64,000 bases of DNA. Source: a virus. A program made the translations under genes and the position numbers. The notes under the pieces were generated by a model that saw nothing but the letters and a program-made list of their open reading frames with translations, had not been told where the DNA came from and ran no database searches. The stretch spans positions 1 to 64,000 of IMG/VR virus record IMGVR_UViG_3300019487_000003; one strand, given 5' to 3'. Shown piece by piece: positions 44,184-52,191 of the stretch (position 1 is the first letter of the stretch; every line of letters begins with the position of its first letter).

Positions 44184-44790
44184 AAATATATTCTTAACAG
44201 AGTCAGTTATTTTCGACTCGTTTCTGCTTTATCAGTTCCTAAAGAAACTGACCACACCTTTCAAAGATACAGAAGCATTTAAATTAGGGATCATCGATGC
44301 CGAAGGAAAGGTTCTTCGTAAAAGAAGTTCTCTAAAAAAGCCCGAAGAAAAATCCGCATATACTATCTTTGATACAGTTATTTTTAATATCAAAAAATTG
44401 ATTCAAAAACTCCCAGCAGGTAAATCTATGCTTGCATCTTATCTTGCTGCATTACTTCTTTTGAAAGAACAAAAAGAAATTCATTTATACGAAGATGAAG
44501 ATTTAACATATGAACTATTTCACGATTTTGTAGACGCAATTTCTACTGATAAAAAGAGTGCTCAATCGATTTCAAAATTCTTAAAAGAAGACACATCAAT
44601 TTTGGAAGACGATGAACAAACACTACAAGAGTTAGCCGCCGAATTATCAATAACGCTTTCAAAAGATGTTGTTGAGGATGTTCCAGCAAATACATCTGGT
44701 GGAGGTGGAATAGCAGGTCTACAAGGCGATCCTCCAATTCATTTGAGAAAGAAAAAGAAAAAGAAGGATTTCGAAGACTTTCACTATTAG
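44167..44790 (+). CDS. Hypothetical protein
   Basis: 207-aa ORF, no motif. Confidence 0.45.
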   Translation: MSNKTKNIFLTESVIFDSFLLYQFLKKLTTPFKDTEAFKLGIIDAEGKVLRKRSSLKKPEEKSAYTIFDTVIFNIKKLIQKLPAGKSMLASYLAALLLLKEQKEIHLYEDEDLTYELFHDFVDAISTDKKSAQSISKFLKEDTSILEDDEQTLQELAAELSITLSKDVVEDVPANTSGGGGIAGLQGDPPIHLRKKKKKKDFEDFHY

Positions 44791-44819
44791 TTGACAGAAT
44801 CTAAATACGTGTATATCAT
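44791..44819 (+). promoter_or_regulatory. Sigma70-type promoter TTGACA-17-TATCAT
   Basis: Starts immediately after the upstream stop codon. ATG at 44838 downstream. Confidence 0.55.
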
Positions 44820-44837
44820 ATAATATGAGTGATTAAT

Positions 44838-45884
44838 ATGAAAAAAGTTTTGTTTGTAATTATCACAATTTTTGTTCTAGCTTGTGGATCTGGTGGTGGT
44901 TCAGGTGATGAAGCAGAATCTTTTCCGACAAGACTTCAAAATCCTGTTTTTGAAAATATTAGTCCAATAGGACTCTCATCATTTTCTCTTGGCGTTCCAG
45001 ATAAATTTCCTTTTGAAGACGCACAACAAACACCAGAGGGTATCGGTTTTAAAACAGTTGCTCGTTCTGTTAGACATATAGCCACAAACGAATTGTTTAA
45101 CTTTCCTGAGCCTGCAAGTAAACTTCAAGTTGAAGCATATCTTAAATCTTTTGTTGACGCTGGGCATATAGTTACCCATGAAATACACATTTTAAACGGC
45201 CCCGGAATGCGTAAAGAAGGGGATGAATATGTTAATGCGTTTTATGGTAAAAATATAGGTGATAAAAAGTTTGTCGCAGATTTGCCACACAATGCAGGTC
45301 TCCAAGAATATATCCGAAAAAGATTTGTGGAGGCAGTAGAACATGCTAGAGTTTTGGAGAGTTATGGTATTCAAGTTTTGATTTGTCCAGAGTTAGAAGA
45401 TAATCACGATGCTGATACGGAATCAAAAAATGCTAAACTAACTTCTTATGGGATATTAATTAAGTTTTTAACAGATGCGGGTTGGTCGCGCCAAAGTATT
45501 GTTAGAAATGGTGGTAAAATTCATGCAATCCCAGACATAAGATACGAAAGACACCCAGGCCAACCTAAGGATGCAAACTCTGTTTTAGCAGGTTTGCGCC
45601 CAGGTGATGTATTCAATATGGATGGTGTATCATTTCGTTTTGATGACGAGTCAGGAAAGGAATGTATCTATTCAGAAGATCAGGTCAGAAAAATAAGAGA
45701 CGAGGCAATGAATCGAGGAATTATATTCTACATCTGGCATTCCGATCTACAAGGATTATATTATAATGGGTGTGCATATAAACACGTACCCCATAGAAAT
45801 AACCGTATCTATACTTTAGTGAAACCAATTCGTTTCATTAGTATATTATTGGGAATACGTCCCGAAGAAGTTGTGATTGAATAA
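44838..45884 (+). CDS. Predicted lipoprotein (function unknown)
   Basis: 'MKKVLFVIITIFVLACGSGGG' is a signal peptide with a lipobox-like VLAC followed by a Gly/Ser linker. Confidence 0.6.
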   Translation: MKKVLFVIITIFVLACGSGGGSGDEAESFPTRLQNPVFENISPIGLSSFSLGVPDKFPFEDAQQTPEGIGFKTVARSVRHIATNELFNFPEPASKLQVEAYLKSFVDAGHIVTHEIHILNGPGMRKEGDEYVNAFYGKNIGDKKFVADLPHNAGLQEYIRKRFVEAVEHARVLESYGIQVLICPELEDNHDADTESKNAKLTSYGILIKFLTDAGWSRQSIVRNGGKIHAIPDIRYERHPGQPKDANSVLAGLRPGDVFNMDGVSFRFDDESGKECIYSEDQVRKIRDEAMNRGIIFYIWHSDLQGLYYNGCAYKHVPHRNNRIYTLVKPIRFISILLGIRPEEVVIE

Positions 45885-45897
45885 ATAATGGTGTAAT

Positions 45898-46212
45898 ATG
45901 AGCGACCCAAAAACTCTTGATGATCTTGGATTAGAAGTAGGTTCAACTGAAGTAGAAGTTGGACAAACATATCCTCTTTTAGGATTGATAACAAAATTAA
46001 TTAAAGATGAGCCAGGGAATTTAGTTGTTGAGTTTAATCATAATATTGAATTGACTTTGATTGTTTCTAGTCAAGAATCTATAGATATTGTTAAATCAAG
46101 AGCTTTTGAAACAGGAATTTTTATAACAGAAATTTTAGAAGTTTCTCCTGTAATCAAGGGTGTTTGTAGAGCAATTATATTTGGAAGGAAACAAACGGGA
46201 CAAATGCAGTGA
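45898..46212 (+). CDS. Hypothetical protein
   Basis: 104-aa ORF. Confidence 0.4.
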   Translation: MSDPKTLDDLGLEVGSTEVEVGQTYPLLGLITKLIKDEPGNLVVEFNHNIELTLIVSSQESIDIVKSRAFETGIFITEILEVSPVIKGVCRAIIFGRKQTGQMQ

Positions 46213-46571
46213 AAGATGCGATTCAAAAAGAAGTTGTTAAGACTGTGATCGCCGATTATTGTAACGCATTAGAAATTGTGTTACAAAATATTGCATTTAC
46301 TTATGAAAAGAATGAATCCAAATTGCCCAGCCCTCAAAAAGAAGTAATCGTTGCCAGAATCAAAAATTACATAGAAGTTCAAGGAAAAGTTAAAGATATT
46401 TCTTTGGACATAGACAAAGTAATGGAACAAGACTCTCGTGGAGAATTATTGCGCCTATGTAATTTGATATTAAAATATCACTCTTTTATCAAAGAAGATT
46501 CACAACATCTAATCCAATATATTAAAACTGGAATCAGTTCTGATTCATATCAAAAAGATACTTTACATTAA
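46209..46571 (+). CDS. Hypothetical protein (GTG start in a GTGA overlap)
   Basis: 120-aa ORF, coupled to the upstream ORF. Confidence 0.4.
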   Translation: MKDAIQKEVVKTVIADYCNALEIVLQNIAFTYEKNESKLPSPQKEVIVARIKNYIEVQGKVKDISLDIDKVMEQDSRGELLRLCNLILKYHSFIKEDSQHLIQYIKTGISSDSYQKDTLH

Positions 46572-46590
46572 ATTTCCTTTGTGCTACAAT
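46562..46590 (+). promoter_or_regulatory. Sigma70-type promoter TTTACA-17-TGcTACAAT
   Basis: Read directly. GGAG SD at 46617-20 precedes the ATG at 46628. Confidence 0.55.
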
Positions 46591-46627
46591 TGAGCTGAAA
46601 TATTATTTCTTATAATGGAGAATTATT

Positions 46628-48220
46628 ATGTGTAGAAATATAGTGTATCTGTGTTGTCTTCTTTGTTGCTGTTGCGTGTTTGCAACTCCAGCATTTGCTT
46701 GGCATCCTGCGGTAAAGTCAGTATGTAAGCAACAAGATGGTTCACAGAAAGTTGTTTTCGATTGGTTCGGTGATGGAAATACTTATAAGATTTCAGCCGG
46801 AAATACAGGAACAACTGGGAGCCCAAATTGCTTGAAGAATAATTCCTCTGATTGGAATAGTTCTGATTGCAAAAATTACTTTAGTCCAGATCCTAAATCT
46901 CGACCAAATCAACCCACGACATTTCCCTCAGGGAATGTTGGTTCCTTCTTCACTACTACCTTCACAGGAAATAGTTTAGCATGGCGTGTTGGCCCTTCAA
47001 CTGCAACTGTATATAAGACAGAAACTTTGTGTCCAGTACCAGATTGTAAGGGTGTTCTTAATGGCCCAAACAAGTTAGATTTGTGTGGAGTTTGTGATTC
47101 AAATTCTTACAATGATAACAGCACTTGTAAAGATTGTGCTGGAACCCCTAATGGTCAAGCTGTAAAAGATGAATGTGGTGTTTGTAACGGCGATGGATCG
47201 TCTTGTAAAGATTGCGCTGGAGTTACGAATGGTAAATCTGAAGTAGACCTTTGTGGTATCTGCGGTGGAGATAATTCATCTTGTAAAGATTGTGCTGGAA
47301 CCCCTAACGGTCAAGCATATCTTGATCAGTGCGGAGTTTGTAACGGTGATGGTTCAACCTGTGCTGGTTGCGATGGTGTTCCTAATTCTGAAAAAGAATA
47401 CGATCAGTGCGAAGTTTGTGGTGGAGATGGATCGTCTTGCCAAGACTGTGCTGGAATTCCTAATGGTCAATCAGTAATTGATGCCTGCGGTGTTTGCGGT
47501 GGAGATTCTTCTACTTGTAAAGATTGCGCCGGAACTCCTAACGGAGAAGCAAGACTTGACGAATGTGGTGTTTGTAACGGCGATGGTTCGTCCTGTAAAT
47601 GCCCTGTTGTTGCTGTTGATTACGATGTTTTGACTCTTGTTACACAATTGAAAACAATTGCTAATGAAAAGACAATCGAATATTACAGTAAGGGACACAA
47701 GTGCCGACATAAGAAACTTGCAAAGAAAATTTCTTCAGCACTAAAGAGCTTGGATAAAGCTAATAAGAGTGTTCTTAAGGCAGTTGCATCTTTGGATAAA
47801 GCAGTCTTGAGTGGTAATGCTAAGAAGATTGCGAAGGCCCAAAAGGCGTTAGTAAAAGCACAAGCAAAGGTTGCGAAATATCTTGCAGCTTTAGCAGCTC
47901 TGTATGCACAAGACGGGGAAGCTGAAAGTAAGATTGTTATTGTTCAATCTTTGTTGACTGAATACATTGAATTGGCAAACTCTCTACCATTTATTGTAGA
48001 AGTATGCCCTGGCGAATGTATCGATGAAAAGAACAAGCCAACTCTGGATCGAATGTCAGAAATTGTAGAATTAGTTTATGACTACGCTTCAGATGCTCAA
48101 CACTCTTACAGAGGATTTTGTAAAGTGAGTGGTAAGGGCAACAAGGGTACCCGTCCTTTAGCTGATAAGTTGAAGACGGATATTGATTCTTGTCACGGCA
48201 AAGATAAAGTTTGTCGATAA
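46628..48220 (+). CDS. Secreted Cys-rich protein with seven tandem 'C-x-D-C-A-G-x-P-N-G-x(5-6)-D-x-C-G-V-C-x-G-D-x-S-x-C' modules and an Ala/Lys-rich helical C-terminal region
   Basis: Signal peptide 'CLLCCCCVFATPAFA|W'. Repeats lie at aa ~139-324. Confidence 0.75.
   Translation: MCRNIVYLCCLLCCCCVFATPAFAWHPAVKSVCKQQDGSQKVVFDWFGDGNTYKISAGNTGTTGSPNCLKNNSSDWNSSDCKNYFSPDPKSRPNQPTTFPSGNVGSFFTTTFTGNSLAWRVGPSTATVYKTETLCPVPDCKGVLNGPNKLDLCGVCDSNSYNDNSTCKDCAGTPNGQAVKDECGVCNGDGSSCKDCAGVTNGKSEVDLCGICGGDNSSCKDCAGTPNGQAYLDQCGVCNGDGSTCAGCDGVPNSEKEYDQCEVCGGDGSSCQDCAGIPNGQSVIDACGVCGGDSSTCKDCAGTPNGEARLDECGVCNGDGSSCKCPVVAVDYDVLTLVTQLKTIANEKTIEYYSKGHKCRHKKLAKKISSALKSLDKANKSVLKAVASLDKAVLSGNAKKIAKAQKALVKAQAKVAKYLAALAALYAQDGEAESKIVIVQSLLTEYIELANSLPFIVEVCPGECIDEKNKPTLDRMSEIVELVYDYASDAQHSYRGFCKVSGKGNKGTRPLADKLKTDIDSCHGKDKVCR
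47042..47599 (+). repeat. Seven in-frame ~75-84-nt repeats encoding the Cys-rich module
   Basis: 'tgtaaagattg(t/c)gctggaac(c/t)cctaa(t/c)gg' recurs at about 47125, 47281 and 47515. Confidence 0.8.
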
Positions 48221-48243
48221 GATAAATTCACATGGATGTGTCG

Positions 48244-48274
48244 AAGGGGAGCTTTATGCTCCCCTTTTTGTTTT
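48244..48274 (+). terminator. Rho-independent terminator
   Basis: AAGGGGAGC (48244-52) pairs with GCTCCCCTT (48258-66). TTTTTGTTTT tail. Confidence 0.8.
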
Positions 48275-48281
48275 ATAAATA
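48274..48281 (+). promoter_or_regulatory. Perfect TATAAATA 5 nt before the ATG at 48287
   Basis: Follows the terminator directly. Lies in a 17-nt block identical to 4935-4951. Confidence 0.55.
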
Positions 48282-48286
48282 TCTTC

Positions 48287-48697
48287 ATGAGGACAGTTTT
48301 CATACTCAACAATTTAAAAGTTAATCCTTTCATTTTGAACGATGCTCCTCTCCCAGGGTTTGATTTATTAGCTTGGGAGCATGAATGTTCTGTTAAAGGA
48401 ACATTATGGGATATAGGATATGATGCTGGATATACATTCATAGGCAATACAGACGTAAAAGGTCAATTATGGATTGCTGAAACTGTTAGTGCTGTTAAAG
48501 AACTGGAAGAATTTGTTGGTGTTAATTCTGGATTAACTGAACCGATGAAAGTCAAAGTTGAAATTACTCCAGAGCCTTTAATAAAGGAAGTTGTGGATGC
48601 TGTTGTTTATAAGTTGACAAAAATAAAGAATGAGTATAAAATAGTCCATACTGGTAATTGGATGTTGAAAAGAACCCAAGATAAATTTGTGTTATAA
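48287..48697 (+). CDS. Gamma-glutamyl cyclotransferase (AIG2/GGACT)-fold-like protein (tentative)
   Basis: 'VKGTLWDIGYDAGYTFIGNTDVKGQLWIAE' resembles the 'G.LyDlG.yPal....V.GeL' core. The canonical N-terminal YGTL is not intact. Start moved to 48287 because 48236-48286 covers the terminator. Confidence 0.35.
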   Translation: MRTVFILNNLKVNPFILNDAPLPGFDLLAWEHECSVKGTLWDIGYDAGYTFIGNTDVKGQLWIAETVSAVKELEEFVGVNSGLTEPMKVKVEITPEPLIKEVVDAVVYKLTKIKNEYKIVHTGNWMLKRTQDKFVL

Positions 48698-48698
48698 T

Positions 48699-49121
48699 AT
48701 GTTTGCTCCATTTTTCTCTTATATCGCAACGAATAAGTATATTATTGGTGCTGTATTATTGGTAACAGTTTTTACAAGTGCGTATATATATTATTTAAGA
48801 ACCTCTTCAAAGATTGAAAAATTGGAGCATGATAATCAAATCTTGCAATTAGAAAATGACTCCCTCAAACAGGCCATTGTCCAAATTCAAAAAGACTACC
48901 AAGCAATTATTGAAGCTAAAGAATCTCTTTCTGAAAGAACCGCAGAACTTGAGAAGCAAACGAAAAACATTAAAGACACACTATACAGAGAAAACCAAAA
49001 GAAAAAATCATTGGAAGAGCTGGCGATCAAAAAGACATCCTTAATACAGAAGAAAGTTAATGATGCAACAGGAAAAGTATTAGAGTGTTTTGAAACATTA
49101 AGTAAAGGTGGAGATTGTTAA
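48699..49121 (+). CDS. Type II membrane protein with a coiled-coil ectodomain (i-spanin candidate)
   Basis: N-terminal TM 'YIIGAVLLVTVFTSAYIYYL' followed by heptad-like 'LEHDNQILQLENDSLKQAIVQIQ'. A lipoprotein gene follows immediately. Confidence 0.4.
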   Translation: MFAPFFSYIATNKYIIGAVLLVTVFTSAYIYYLRTSSKIEKLEHDNQILQLENDSLKQAIVQIQKDYQAIIEAKESLSERTAELEKQTKNIKDTLYRENQKKKSLEELAIKKTSLIQKKVNDATGKVLECFETLSKGGDC

Positions 49122-49122
49122 A

Positions 49123-49539
49123 ATGAAATATTTGATTTTGTTATGTATGATGTTGTGTTCTTGTTCTGCAACAACTTCCTTAATTAGTAAACCATTAGAT
49201 AGACCCCCATTGAATCTTGCTGATCCCGAAGCACTTGATTTGCAAGACGTAAAATTTGTTGTCATTCATGAGGATAATGCAACGAAAGTTTTTGCTGACT
49301 TGAAAGCAAGGGGAGTTGAGCCTGTTGTGTTTGCTTTATCAGGAGACGATTATAAAGCATTGGCAACCAACATTCAAGATATTAAGACATATATAAAGTT
49401 ACAGAAACACATCCTCTTACTATATAGGAATTACTATGAGCCAGGAAAAGAAGAAAAGAAAGAAGAAGGAAAAGGAAGCAACGGTAACAGTATCTTCGCA
49501 CCCCAGCGAACCTGGTTCGAAAGACTTCTCGGATTATAA
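49123..49539 (+). CDS. Lipoprotein (o-spanin candidate, unusually long)
   Basis: 'MKYLILLCMMLCSCSATT' is a signal peptide with an L-C-S-C lipobox-like site and a Pro-containing segment after the Cys. Confidence 0.4.
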   Translation: MKYLILLCMMLCSCSATTSLISKPLDRPPLNLADPEALDLQDVKFVVIHEDNATKVFADLKARGVEPVVFALSGDDYKALATNIQDIKTYIKLQKHILLLYRNYYEPGKEEKKEEGKGSNGNSIFAPQRTWFERLLGL

Positions 49540-49750
49540 GTTTGTCCCAGCGACAGAATTTGATTCTACAAAACCTATTGTAGTTAATACTCCATTCTTC
49601 CCTAAGGTATTAAAGGCTAAACGCTCGAAAAGAGCACAGCCTGTTACTCCCGGGACAGAGCCGGCGAAAACTATTAGGTTCAATCCTAGATTGATACTTG
49701 AAAAACTTTCAGAGCTTGAAGCAAGAATCAAAAAACTTGAAGAAAAATAG
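49436..49750 (+). CDS. Basic hypothetical protein overlapping the upstream gene by 104 nt (start uncertain)
   Basis: The ORF fills the otherwise empty 49540-49750. C-terminal coiled coil 'LEKLSELEARIKKLEEK'. Confidence 0.35.
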   Translation: MSQEKKKRKKKEKEATVTVSSHPSEPGSKDFSDYKFVPATEFDSTKPIVVNTPFFPKVLKAKRSKRAQPVTPGTEPAKTIRFNPRLILEKLSELEARIKKLEEK

Positions 49751-49765
49751 TATTCATGTTATACT
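49737..49765 (+). promoter_or_regulatory. Sigma70-type promoter TTGAAG-17-TGtTATACT, 6 nt before the ATG at 49772
   Basis: Read directly. No SD. Confidence 0.6.
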
Positions 49766-49771
49766 ATTAAC

Positions 49772-50791
49772 ATGAGTTTTTATAATGATGTTACTTACAT
49801 TTGTCTTCTTTCTGGTTCTCTAAGGAACTTTAAAAGAAAGAAGGACGATCTCTTTAATTGCTCCTGCCCTTATTGCGGCGATAGTCAAAAGGATAAACAT
49901 AAAGCACGAGGCTACTTCTTTAAGCAAGGAGATAGCATGATTTACAAGTGTCATAATTGCGGCCAGTCTGCAAGCACCGCAAATGTATTAAAGTTTCTGA
50001 ACCCACAACTTTATCAAGAATATATCTTTCATCGTTATAAGGAAAATGCAAACACTCCTGAAAAGGAAACAAATTCTCTAAAAGAAAATGTTACACAAAC
50101 TATAAAGTTTAAATCAGTAGATTTGCCATCTATCAAAGATTTGCCCGATGAGCACTATGCAAAAAAGTATATTCTTGCTCGAAAAATTCCTTCCAATAAG
50201 TTAGATAGACTATTCTTCGCAGATAGGTGGGGACAATGGGTTGAGAAGTATATTGATAAGAAATATTCAAACGAACCTCAAGATCATAGAATTGTAATGC
50301 CTTTCTTTGATGAAAAGGGAAATCTTGTTGGTGCTCAAGGAAGATCACTTTCTGCCGACAAAAGGATGCGGTACCTATCTGCTAAAGCAACAGATGTTTT
50401 ACATATGACATTTGGTTTAGAAAGATGGAACAAATTTGAAAAGACTTATGTAGTTGAAGGTCCTATTGATAGCCTGTTCTTACCAAATGCTTTAGCAGCA
50501 TCTACCTCAGATTTACATTCTGTGATTGATCGTGTCCCAGAATTGAACAAAGAAAATACAATCTTTGTTTTTGATAATGAACCACATTCAAAGGAAATTG
50601 GGGAATTGATGAGGAAAGTTATTGATGATGGATATAAAATTACTTTCTGGCCAAAAACTTTGAAAGAGAAGGATGTCAATGATATGGTTTTATCTGGGTT
50701 GACTCTTGAAAAGATTATTGATATAATCGAGTCTGGGACAAAATCTGGTTTAAGAGCAGAGATAGAATTTGCTTCCTGGAAGAAATATTAA
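49772..50791 (+). CDS. gp61: DNA primase gp61 (zinc ribbon plus TOPRIM)
   Basis: 'CSCPYCGDS...YKCHNCG' zinc ribbon. TOPRIM 'YVVEGPIDSLFL' and 'FVFDNEP'. Confidence 0.88.
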   Translation: MSFYNDVTYICLLSGSLRNFKRKKDDLFNCSCPYCGDSQKDKHKARGYFFKQGDSMIYKCHNCGQSASTANVLKFLNPQLYQEYIFHRYKENANTPEKETNSLKENVTQTIKFKSVDLPSIKDLPDEHYAKKYILARKIPSNKLDRLFFADRWGQWVEKYIDKKYSNEPQDHRIVMPFFDEKGNLVGAQGRSLSADKRMRYLSAKATDVLHMTFGLERWNKFEKTYVVEGPIDSLFLPNALAASTSDLHSVIDRVPELNKENTIFVFDNEPHSKEIGELMRKVIDDGYKITFWPKTLKEKDVNDMVLSGLTLEKIIDIIESGTKSGLRAEIEFASWKKY

Positions 50792-50792
50792 T

Positions 50793-51026
50793 ATGGAATG
50801 GAAATATGGTCAAGATATGGCAGTAATTAATTTAGATGATATTTTATTGATCAATTTCAAAAATGTTTCTTCTATAGAAAAGGCATTTAGTCCAACATCT
50901 CCTGATCCTAGATGGTGTATTATTATTCGAGAAGTTGGTGTTGAAGAAAAAAGAACTTTAGAATTTGAATCTGAGGAGTTAGCAACGAACGTTTGGGTTG
51001 CCATTAAGTCAGTTTACGGCCTATGA
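50793..51026 (+). CDS. Hypothetical small protein
   Basis: ATG 2 nt after the primase stop. Confidence 0.4.
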   Translation: MEWKYGQDMAVINLDDILLINFKNVSSIEKAFSPTSPDPRWCIIIREVGVEEKRTLEFESEELATNVWVAIKSVYGL

Positions 51027-51244
51027 ATTTGCTCCAGCTTAATCCTCCAATATGGTTAACGACTCCTTTGGGCCCTGCAATTTGCTATGTTCTTATTGAT
51101 TATGGTGCCGATTACAATCTAGTCTGGGTTTGTTTTTTGGAAGAAAATGGTGAGTGTTGGTCTTTCGACAATACAGAAGTAACATTGCAGGAAAATAAAA
51201 CATTAGGAAGGAATTATGCAAAAAGAAATAAAAGTTCTCGATAG
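51023..51244 (+). CDS. Hypothetical small protein
   Basis: 73-aa ORF, ATGA overlap upstream. Confidence 0.4.
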   Translation: MNLLQLNPPIWLTTPLGPAICYVLIDYGADYNLVWVCFLEENGECWSFDNTEVTLQENKTLGRNYAKRNKSSR

Positions 51245-52133
51245 GGGTTTTGTTCGTCTTGTAGATAGTATGGGTGATGATTCATCAATCGTCCAAGCGG
51301 CCCGTGTTTCCTATGGTAAAGGAACAAAGAAAACATCCGAAGATGAGGCACTAATTCGTTATTTGTTACGAAACAAACACACAACACCATTTGAAATGGT
51401 AGAATTCAAGTTTCACATTAAAGCACCGATCTTTGTTTTCAGACAGTGGCACAGACATAGAATGTGGAGTTATAATGAATACTCAGGACGTTATTCAGAA
51501 ATGAAGGATGAGTTTTATAGTCCAACAGATAGTTTGTTTACAAAACAAAATCCCACCAACAAACAAGGTGGAACTAATGAAGCAATTCCTTGGAATGACT
51601 TTAGAAGTGATTATCGCTCATGGGAAGAACAATTTAGAAATCAACAAGCCCGGGCACGTCAAGACTACGAAGTATATCTTGCAACAGGTGTGCGTAAAGA
51701 ACTTGCACGAATAAATCTTCCCCTTTCTCAATATTCAGAGATGTATGCAAAGGTTGATCTTCATAATCTATTTCATTTTCTGAAATTGCGTATGGATGCT
51801 CATGCACAATATGAAATTAGGGTTTATGGTGATGCTATAGCTGAAATAGTGAAAAATGTTGTTCCTATTGCGTATAAGGCATTTGAAGATTATATCCTTG
51901 GATCTACCACATTTAATTTCAAGGAACTTAAAAGTATCTATCTCATCTTTGATATATTTCGTTCTTCAAGACCTGTAGATAAAGAGTGGTGGGAACAAGA
52001 TGACATTCAAAGTCTTGTAGAGAAAGAAGCTAACAGAGTCTTTTCAAACAAAAGAGAAAGAGAAGAATTTCTACAAAAAGTTCTTCCTCTATTCGTTTAC
52101 GAATTTGGGAACAAAAAGTTTCCTGGTGCGTAA
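51216..52133 (+). CDS. thyX: FAD-dependent thymidylate synthase ThyX
   Basis: ThyX signature 'RHRMWSYNEYSGRY' (RHR-x7-S). 'VLDRGFVRLVD' N-terminus. Confidence 0.92.
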   Translation: MQKEIKVLDRGFVRLVDSMGDDSSIVQAARVSYGKGTKKTSEDEALIRYLLRNKHTTPFEMVEFKFHIKAPIFVFRQWHRHRMWSYNEYSGRYSEMKDEFYSPTDSLFTKQNPTNKQGGTNEAIPWNDFRSDYRSWEEQFRNQQARARQDYEVYLATGVRKELARINLPLSQYSEMYAKVDLHNLFHFLKLRMDAHAQYEIRVYGDAIAEIVKNVVPIAYKAFEDYILGSTTFNFKELKSIYLIFDIFRSSRPVDKEWWEQDDIQSLVEKEANRVFSNKREREEFLQKVLPLFVYEFGNKKFPGA

Positions 52134-52191
52134 GAAAAATTTCTAAATATCTCACACGTCATTGATCCGAGTTTGTTATTAGGAGGGAATT

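Noticed and set aside
44825-44836. ATG at 44825 just downstream of the 44814 -10 hexamer as another leaderless start
   Set aside because: It opens only a 3-codon ORF (MSD-stop). The lipoprotein start at 44838 is the credible one.
49436-49539. Programmed frameshift joining the lipoprotein ORF to the overlapping +1 ORF
   Set aside because: There is no canonical slippery heptamer or homopolymer run, only a mixed A/G tract. Independent initiation at the ATG at 49436 is simpler. The overlap is recorded as a gene-model uncertainty within the candidate spanin-pair finding.
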